A stretch of DNA of 61,135 bases from Catajapyx aquilonaris. Taxonomy: Eukaryota. The DNA is taken from contig JYFJ02002242.1 in assembly GCA_000934665.2 (NCBI GenBank), positions 1-61,135 on the forward strand, given 5' to 3'. The first letter of the stretch is position 1; each line of letters begins with the position of its first letter. This document shows positions 52,316 to 61,135 of the stretch, piece after piece. A program made the position numbers and the translations under genes. The notes below the pieces were generated by a model, which saw nothing but the letters and a program-made list of their open reading frames with translations, was not told the DNA's origin and made no database searches.

Positions 52316-52769
52316 GTCTTTCCTCAAACTCCGATGCGACTCTCAGAATGCCGAAATAAAAAAAATCTCCAACCGCACTGGACACTGCTGTACGCGCCTA
52401 CTGGAGTCAGACTGACCAGTCCCCAAAATAATACTGGAAGTCGCTCATCTCGCCCTCCTTCCAGACTACACGGCACCGCATGTTTCATTGTTTACTCCGC
52501 CCCAATACCTGAGCCGGGTGCAAAAGCAAAAATTCCCGAAATATCTGATGGTCTTATTGTTTCACCTCCAAGGTCAATGAGTAACCCGTCGCCAATGGGT
52601 CGCAAGCATTGTCATCATGCGGCACCACGGCGGATGACCGGTAGCGTCCCATGAGTAATCTGTCTTTTCGAGGATTACCACTCTTGTCTTGTCGACTTCA
52701 GTTGTCCGCAATCAGTGTGTTGTACCTTGCTTGTCGCCTCCCTGAGCTGAGATCAGTCCACCACCGGAC
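52316..52769. promoter_or_regulatory. Putative bidirectional promoter of the kinase/pseudokinase pair
   Basis: 454 bp of CpG-richer sequence between the two divergent ATGs, with Inr-like TCAGTT at ~52698. Confidence 0.6.
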
Positions 52770-55700
52770 ATGGCTCTGGCACGCTTCCGTCAAGAATTCC
52801 TCTCCAGGGTCGAAGAGGAAGAGAAGGAAATCACCACGGTAAGTGCATTGATCGCCATGGCATTTTGTGGTTACTCTTCATCCAACAATCATTATTCATA
52901 ACAATTCAAAGATGATGCGATCACGAAACATTTCTGCCGCGGCCGATATGTGACATCTTCCATCATAAACAGTACGGTATTTGCAGCCAGTTTATTATTT
53001 GTTGCAAAAGTACGTGGGTCATTCCCGGTCATTTCATCCTGTAAATTCTGAAAAGTTGTGGCTCGACCCCTTCCGATGCAACTGAAAAAATCAGATAGGT
53101 AGGGATCCACACCTTATTGCGAAATCCTAAATTTGAGGCCGCTGGAGTCAAATCTCACGGAGATGTAACAATGGAAAGTTCAACAATGACGTCCATATAA
53201 AGTATTTTTAGCTGTTCAGACCCAACCCAACATCAACATGTTATCTATATCAAATGGAAGGTAATGCAGAGAGGAATAACATGGTTACAAAATATTCGAC
53301 GTAGCTCTAAAAACGAAAATGAAAAAAAAGATCGTAAATATAATTATGTGTAAATCACTCTTTATTCCCGATAGCCGTATCTCATAACATTATGATTTTA
53401 ACAAAGTTGTATGTATGATATAGGGAAATCCTCTTTGACTAAAATAATGTACTACTTTATTGCGATAGGCCACAATTTGAAATTGAAAAAATCCCGAAAA
53501 TATGTATTACAGCATTTCTCCGATTTTCGAGCGCAAACTCGAGGTGGGGCTGGACCAAATGTGACTTTTGGTAAGTCAATAGATTCCTTGGATCACCCCC
53601 TAGCTGTTCAGAAATGCGTAAACCATTCTTTACCCGTGAGCGATAATTGATCGGCGAATTTTCCAACGTACGGGTGCATAAGGCTGTGCCATCGTATAAA
53701 CATAATTATTCAACATTTAATAGCGAAAATTCGTTATCAGGTTTCAATGCAAGGCTCGAAATACCGGGGGAAATTGTAGGGCGGGAACTGACCCCAGTTT
53801 TAAAATCGAATGCATTAGCTAAGAGTATTTTTTTAGGTTGAGTAAAATCAGACATTCAGGCCCGGAATATTACAATAAATCAGAGCGTAAGAAACATTGC
53901 GGTACAGTACATGATGTCAAAGGGTGAACCCACTTTTTTTGTAAGCAATATCACCTCACTGCTCATATACCATGTTATAAGGATGCATCCAGATGTAAAG
54001 GATGTATCTATTCAACTGATATCAGTAATCTAGGGGGAGGCGAAGTGGTGCTGCGGTAACGTACGCGCCCACGGATGTTAAGGTCCCGGGCTCGATCCCA
54101 ACCCGGGGACACCCCCTTCATCTCGTGCAGAGTTCATTGGGTCACCTCTGGCTTCGTCTCGGGTGGTATTTCCTACAGACTAAACCACCCGGGGGAGTTC
54201 ACTAAAAATGGCCACATAAAGACATTGCACTGCACCTTGCACATCCCCTCCTGTCATCCTGCCCGTGGGCCCGGGCGTTACGTATAAAGGCTCCAATGTA
54301 CACGACAAAAATAAATAAAGGTCCGTGCTACATACCTCTGATGAGGTCAGCACTACCCCGGATTATTATATCAGTAATCAGTGTACAATTATATTTGCTA
54401 ACGTTTGAAAATAAATGCTTAATAATATGCTGCTTATTATGACAAAACTGCTCTTTCAAATTGACATCTTAATTGGAGTACAATGTTGCTATCATGCACA
54501 GCCTTAACTCCAGCAGGCTATTGCAGGAAAGGCCTTTCACTGAATTTGATTTTTTGGACAGCATTATCTAGGAAATTATACATTTTGAAAATAACCACAT
54601 TTTGATGGATTCATGCCAAATGGCATTCCTTACAGAAGCTCATCCTGGAACCTGCAGAAACATTCAAGTTCAAATGGAACACCTACATGGTAGAGAAGAT
54701 CATCACTAAAAGTCAGGCTGGAAGTCTCTACAAGGTGCAACGACGCAAGAAGACCATGGAAGACCCCGTGACCATCAAGGTACAAGACAGCATCAACTCA
54801 AAGGAAGTGAGCATCTTGAGACGTCTGGCACAGTGCCTCGATAACTCGAAGACCAACGTTGTGGTGCTCTACGATCAGGTCATCCACAGAAACAGGTTGT
54901 GCTTAATAATGGAATGGATGCCAACCAACCTGAGAGATATGATCACCGTTATTCCTGGTGGCAAGTTGGCCATCGGACATACTCGCATGATCATCAAGGA
55001 GCTCCTCACAGCTCTTGTTTGGTTGAAGGTATGCCAATCTCTAATTTCACAAGGAAAATTATTGATGACACTTTAATCAATGTTAATTAAAAATTATCAC
55101 ATGCAAAACATTAATATGAATGAATTGATAATGTCTTTGAAATGAAGGGCTTGTAATATTCTGGAGCAACACTGATGCTTTCATTTACATTCACCTGTCA
55201 GCTTACTCCTTGCATTATCTTTATTACAGGAGAAGGGAGTGATCCATGGTGACATCAATATGTCTAATGTTCTGGTAGACCTTACATCATCTGGCTGGAG
55301 AGTGAAGCTGTGTGCTTTTAGTACATCTTTCTTGCGAGATGAAGCACATGAACTCCAAGGCTTCCCTTTGCAGTCCTGTGTCTACACTGCTCCTGAGATT
55401 TTACTTGGTAAGTGGCAAATATTTAGATGACAAACAGATCTTTCATAGTAATGATAAAAATTTAACTTTTCGCATCCCACCCTGGACCTCTAGTTTTGTT
55501 GGATGTGAGAGACATAGGTTGTGTCCTGATAGGTCTTGGAACTGGGACATGTATATGCTAATGGGTCTCTGAGTAGGATTTCAAAATTACATAATCAAGC
55601 AAACCAAGTCATGTGCCTCTTTTATGGTTAAATAATTTGGACATCATACAATGCTAAAAAATTGTTGTTTTTTTTCCAGGTGCGCCACTCACAGAAGCTA

Positions 55701-57330
55701 TTGACATGTGGGCATTAGGAAACATGACGGCATCTCTAGTGCTTGGAAGCGAGAATCCTCTCTTTCCGGCCAAGAACCCTCTCACTCAGCTTTGGCTAAT
55801 GACGAAATTGCTGGAAAACATCCCCTTCAAGGTCCTTCAGAAGGGAATGTTCACTCTCCAATATTTCGATCCATGGGAACCTCTCTGGCTCACCAAGAAA
55901 ATGAACCTCAAGGTTTGTATATGGCATGTTCAAACGAAACATAAAGTGAGGCAATATCTCAGGAGCTATTTGTCTCAGCTGAGTGCTAGTGGTATCTCTG
56001 AGTAGGCACTTGCATGGCTCTTTTTCATGCAGAGTAGTTAAGTAGTCAGTATATACATGTAGTGGGCAGGAGAGCATTTTGTGCAAGTCTCCCAGGGCTA
56101 TGGGTTGTCCATTCATGCACAACTTGCCATCATCCTTTTTCCTTATCAAGGAAGGAACTGCACCAGTGGACATTGTCCATTGGATGCCAAGGGTATGTGG
56201 GAGAGCCTGCTTCAACCAGAACACCTTGGTGCAGAAACCCACTAAGGAAATGCTCTCTCGAAAGGTCCTCCATGCACACACGTTTGGACAGAAATTCCCT
56301 ACACCTTCTGAAGAGAGTCATGTGGTTGAATCAGACATTCCCATGGACCTTCTGCATCCAATGGAGACTGTCCACTGGTGAAGTTCCTTCCTTGATGAGG
56401 AAAAAGGATGATGGTGAGTTGTGCATGTTTGGATGAATCCATAGCCCTGGCTCCTTGGGAGACTTGCATAAAATGCTCCCGTCTACTACATCCATATTGA
56501 CTACTAACTACTCTGCACGAAAATGAGCCATGCAAGTGCCTACTCAGAGATACCACTACCACTCAGCTGAGGCAAATAGCTCCCGAGATATTGCCACACT
56601 TCGTTTCGTTTGTGTCTGGCTTTGCCAATATATTAATACCAGCAACTTTTTGACTGCGAACATTTGGTTACTGAATTTCATTATCATCAAGAAGCACTTG
56701 ATGCATTTTTTGATCAGTATTTTTGCTCTAAAATAAAATATCAGTACCATGACTGTAACAAGGTCTCATTGTCAGTTCAAAAATAATTCTCAACCATACT
56801 TAGAAAATATTGCATTCCATTTTTTTTTTAATGCACAAAAGATGGACTGGTAGAAAAGAAGAATTGCATGTTGCATAATTATAATCCCCTCATTCATTTT
56901 TTGTTATGAACAGTAACATTCACTCCTTCTCACTGCCAATTTCACCCCCTACTTCAATTTGGTATGCCCTGTGCTAAATGTCTTGGTTGCACACAACACA
57001 TAATGCACCTGTCATTAAATTAGCATGTGAACATTTGTCATTGCAGTCGAGAGGCAACATCCAGAAGATGGTGGAAGATGTTGAGCTGAAACGAGGTTTC
57101 AGAACTCTAGATGATCTTCCCAATGCAACATTTGTTGACTTTCTCAAGAAATCACTGCAAATGGATCCAGTAAGATTTACATATTGACATTAACTTAACC
57201 ACAAGTGATTCTTTATAATGAAGAGTTAACCAATACTTTTTCCTTGCAGGAAAAGCGTGTGCATCCTGGTGCAGCCCTGAACATGGCTTTCTTCCAAGAG
57301 TCCATCTTTCGACCTGAAGAGAAAGTATGA
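52770..57330 (+). CDS. HIPK-like pseudokinase paralogue (~358 aa); exons 52770-52838, 54636-55028, 55230-55407, 55680-55912, 57047-57169, 57250-57330
   Basis: Same six-exon layout and phases as the minus-strand kinase (exon 3 is 178 nt in both). Gly-loop lost (ITKSQAGS), catalytic loop HGDINMSN, DFG replaced by AFS, YRAPE replaced by YTAPE. The reading frame is intact. Confidence 0.88.
54031..54367 (+). mobile_element. tRNA-derived SINE (family D)
   Basis: Collinear with 9387-9720; 12-bp TSD ATATCAGTAATC; (ATT)n tail. Confidence 0.85.
55931..56611. repeat. Fold-back/MITE with ~290-bp imperfect inverted arms in pseudokinase intron 4
   Basis: 55931-56218 is the reverse complement of ~56322-56611 (e.g. 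GTGGTATCTCTGAGTAGGCACTTGCATGGCTC / GAGCCATGCAAGTGCCTACTCAGAGATACCAC). Confidence 0.85.
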
Positions 57331-58033
57331 GGAAAAGTCCACTTATGTTATGAGTTTTGTGTAAAGATGTTAAATAGCTTACATCAGTGTTACCATTCAC
57401 TCTTGATGTTACTGATGCACTGATTGATACCAGGTGTCAATTAATTCAGCCAATAGGCTGCTTGTATAGTTGTATGTAATGTACTCATAGCACAATCAAT
57501 CTTTGAAAAAATAATGTCAATAAATCACAATCATAAGAGCAATGGTTTTTTGTTGTTTTTTGTTTGTTTGTTTTTTTAAATTCAGCAGTCAGATCCAAGG
57601 GGCTTGTCACTTCAGTACACCCTCACTGGTGAGCCATGGAGGACCAAGGAGAGCCTAGGTGAGCCACCAAGGGCAAACCTCGCGTCATATGATGAGGAAC
57701 AAAGGTGCATTATGCAGAGGGAATCCCCGCTCACAGCCGAGCTCTCCCTGGCTCTCCTCAGCTCTCCTTGGCTCCCCTATCAGCTCTCTGTGGCTCAACT
57801 CACTGAAGTGACCCATTGTATCCTCACTGGTGAGCTGAGGACGGCCGGGGAGGAACGCAATTCAGTTGAGCCAGTGTACACTTTTTGCGGGGTGACTACC
57901 CCCTTGGCTCCTCCCTTGTAAACAAAAAGTTTATCTTGTAATTTCCCACCATTATGAAACTGTTATACAACACAACTTACATTTGTCAATTCTGCATTTT
58001 TTTTATTACTGTACATTTTTTTGACAGAACTTG

Positions 58034-61000
58034 TCAGAACTTCAGAGGTATGTTTGGCCACAGCTTTGCATGATGCAGTTTACACTTATTGATAAACTTC
58101 AGTTGTAGAGAAGTTTCTAATCCCAGGATTTTCAGAGAATCCTTTCCATAGAGGGTCTTTGCCTCAGCCAGTCGTTGCGCTTCCACTTGCTCATCTGGGC
58201 AGAACTCAGAACCATCAAAAATAGGTAGATCTAGAACCAAACAATGATAATACTCGTAGAAACCCTTGATAAATGGCAAAATATTATCACCACTTCTTAG
58301 CAAACAGTTATAATAAAAGCTGCACCATGTGCAACAATTTCCTATGCTTGTCAAATGTTGGTGTCTCAAGGTAAGTTGAAAATAAAGAACACTGTAAGGA
58401 ATGCACACCACAATCCCCAGTCACTACAATGCATTTGATTTGAAAAACTAAAAATATCTGTGTAAGCAAATCTGATTGTGAGTGTCACTGGGATCTAAGC
58501 AAGTCTAAGAGGTAATATGTCAGAAAACCCCATAAAGCGGCCATTCCAGACCATGTACGAAGTACCCTTTTAGTTATCAGTTCCAGTGCTGAAAAATATT
58601 ATTAACAAAACTTACCAGGGCCCAGGTTAACATACTCTGCCTCCGATTCACGAGCCTTTTCTGAAAAAAAAACACAAAATGATGACATTGCCAAATATTA
58701 AGAAAATGACCTGACCAATTTTTCTCCAAAAAAAATAACTGCAGGTGAATCTTGTATCTGCCAATAATGATAACTGTGAATGACAACCCATATTCAGATA
58801 TTGTCCACCATTGGCAGTTGATAGATGAATAATTTCACTCATAACTATTACTTAAAGTAAGGCATGATAAATAATTACCTACGTCATGTTCACTACTGAT
58901 CAGGGAAATTCAAATCCCTGTTATAGTCGAGCAATTCACAGTATACAGTTGAATCCAGATATAACAGCCTCAGCTGTAGCAGACTTTTGGTTATAACAGA
59001 CTCGAACGGCTGGTCCCACCATACTTCCATAAGGTCCTGTGTATTTTACCCCTGATATAACAGCATAATTTCACCTCATCTTGGCTATAACAAACCATTT
59101 TTTGGCCTCTCAATGGAAAAATATGCTGCTTTTGATTACTCAGCTTCCCTTCCCACACAAGGAAAGCATTGCATACCGGGGAGGGGGTGATTTTCCCACC
59201 TCTCACTGATCTAACACTTGCCAAAAAGTGCAAAATCATGTTTTTCTGGTATAAGCTATTTGGTAATGACAAGATGGCATAAGAAAATTGTAATTTTTTT
59301 GGTCCTGCCTAAGTTATGGGTGAGCTAATTTGGCATGTTTGTGGGTAGTTTCATTTTAAAATGCAGTGGTGTGCATTATAAACATGTGGACAGCAGAAAA
59401 CTTTGTGTATTTGTCGCAAATGTGGCGATTTGGCTATAACTGACATCCGTTATAACATACTGATTTCCTCAGTCCCTTTAAGTTATATCTGGATTCAATT
59501 GTATTACACGCCAACTTTGGTGTTTCGTATAAAAATAGACCCTCTTTTTATTTGGAATTATTTAATTATGCAAATTTATGGTTGTACTTGCTCTGATCTG
59601 AAAATATTGGGACACCCCCAAAAAATGGAGTGGTGGGGTTATACACAGGATGTGATAAAAAGTTTCCATTAAGATTATCTGGACTTTAGAATGGATAATT
59701 ATGAATAGTAACAATTGAGCTAGGAGGATACCAAATTTGAAGTTCATTTGACAGTTAACAACTGAAATAAATACGATTATACCTTGGACAGTGAATTTCT
59801 GTGGGGTCTGGTAAAAATTGCTGCCACTCTGTTTATTTCTTACTTAGCGGGATGTAAATGTTGATAATGAACCTGAGGGGCCGCACAAACCCAAAAACAG
59901 TTATGACATTAATTACAAAAAATCTAGCACAAAATTAAAAAATATTTATCGCAAGTGGATTTTTTCAGAAATTGATACACTTGGCTGTACCACATTTAAC
60001 GGTGTTATTTATTAATAAATTAAAATGTGATAGTATTGTTTATCTAGAACTCAGTCCAATGTGCTATGATAAAAAATTTCATTGCAATTAAAGTAAAATG
60101 GCTTTAAATATTCCTTAATTCAAAAATGCACAGAAAATGGCATATCTGCAAGCCATGATAAATATTTTTTAATTTTGTGCTAGATTTTTTGTAATTAATG
60201 TCATAACTGTTTTTGGGTTTGTGCGGCCCCTCAGGTTCATTATCAACATTTACATCCCGCTAAGTAAGAAATAAACAGAGTGGCAGCAATTTTTACCAGA
60301 CCCCACAGAAATTCACTGTCCAAGGTATAATCGTATTTATTTCAGTTGTTAACTGTCAAATGAACTTCAAATTTGGTATCCTCCTAGCTCAATTGTTACT
60401 ATTCATAATTATCCATTCTAAAGTCCAGATAATCTTAATGGAAACTTTTTATCACATCCTGTGTATAACCCCACCACTCCATTTTTTGGGGGTGTCCCGA
60501 TATTTTCAGATCAGGGCAAGTAAATTTGATTTGTATTCTGCTCTCATAATGGTACAGTACATCGGTCTAGCAACATCTGAAGGCAATAATGAGGAAACCT
60601 GAGTACAGTCTGAACATACAAGGTCACTTCATAACACACCCTTATGTAGTGGCCTTATTATACACCAGATCTAGTTGGTTTCGAGTATATTGTACCCACA
60701 AAGTGGAAGAACTATCGTCTCAACGTGACACACTACTTGAGGGCACACCATTCTGAGCATTCCCTTCAAACAATACTTACTCATCTCTTCCTGGTGAGCA
60801 AGTGATTTTGTAAGGTACTCTATCATGTCTTCTGTCACATCCATTCGCAGCTCTGCATGCTCTGATTCATCCCGATCGCAATGTTTACTGTTCATCTTCC
60901 GGGTCTTGTACTCTCCATCCTTGTCTTTTTTGTACTTCTTTCTGTTGATCTTCTTGTTCTCTTTTGGTGCACGTGACTGACTTTCCTTCACGCCACTGTC

Positions 61001-61135
61001 AGTACTAAATGCCACAGCTCCCTGAAGAAGAAAAGCCAGAGTGTACCGGCAGAGCAAGAGTACGGAGGGTTTGCCTCACCTGCATGCTGGCTATGTACTG
61101 GCGCAGGGCCCGGTTCTCATACTCCAGCGCAGCAG
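58034..61135 (-). CDS. GEMIN8: Gem-associated protein 8 (3' part); exons >61135-61080, 61021-60781, 58660-58616, 58230-58034
   Basis: MDVTEDMIEYLTKSLAHQEE, EYVNL, and C-terminal RLAEAKTLYGKDSLKILGLETSLQLKF...LWPNIPLKF* match Gemin8 motifs. Junctions are in phase. Confidence 0.88.
58946..59501. mobile_element. Tc1/mariner(pogo)-type MITE, family B
   Basis: TA|CAGTTGAATCCAGATATAAC ... GTTATATCTGGATTCAATTG|TA; same family as 1448-1609. Confidence 0.75.
59585..60522. mobile_element. Fold-back element with 366-bp near-perfect inverted arms
   Basis: 59585-59950 is the reverse complement of 60157-60522, with a 206-bp spacer and TA at both ends. It explains the duplicated MNFKFGILL ORFs on opposite strands. 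Confidence 0.9.

Noticed and set aside
59562..60602. Duplicated 'MNFKFGILLAQ' ORFs that look like signal peptides
   Set aside because: They are by-products of the two arms of the fold-back element.
1..61135. CRISPR arrays, operons or other prokaryotic systems
   Set aside because: The sequence is spliceosomal-intron-containing animal DNA, and I saw no regularly spaced direct-repeat arrays.

Overview
This is AT-rich, intron-containing eukaryotic genomic DNA, most likely from an arthropod: it has a shavenoid homologue and tRNA-derived SINEs of arthropod type. I assembled spliced models by hand from GT-AG boundaries and frame continuity. In order, the window holds: the 5' part of an outer-arm axonemal dynein beta-type heavy chain (-), TAX1BP3/TIP-1 (+), Topors (-), SPAG1 (+), a GGT7-like gamma-glutamyltransferase (-), shavenoid (+), a putative orphan Cys-headed acidic protein (+), a 4-exon gene for a 91-aa secreted 8-Cys peptide that the ORF track misses (+), a head-to-head pair of short HIPK-derived paralogues (one kinase with near-intact motifs, one pseudokinase), and the 3' part of Gemin8 (-). 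Introns carry many MITEs, SINEs and fold-back elements. The best candidates for something undescribed are the kinase/pseudokinase pair and the secreted Cys-rich peptide next to it. All family assignments come from recalled motifs, not database searches.
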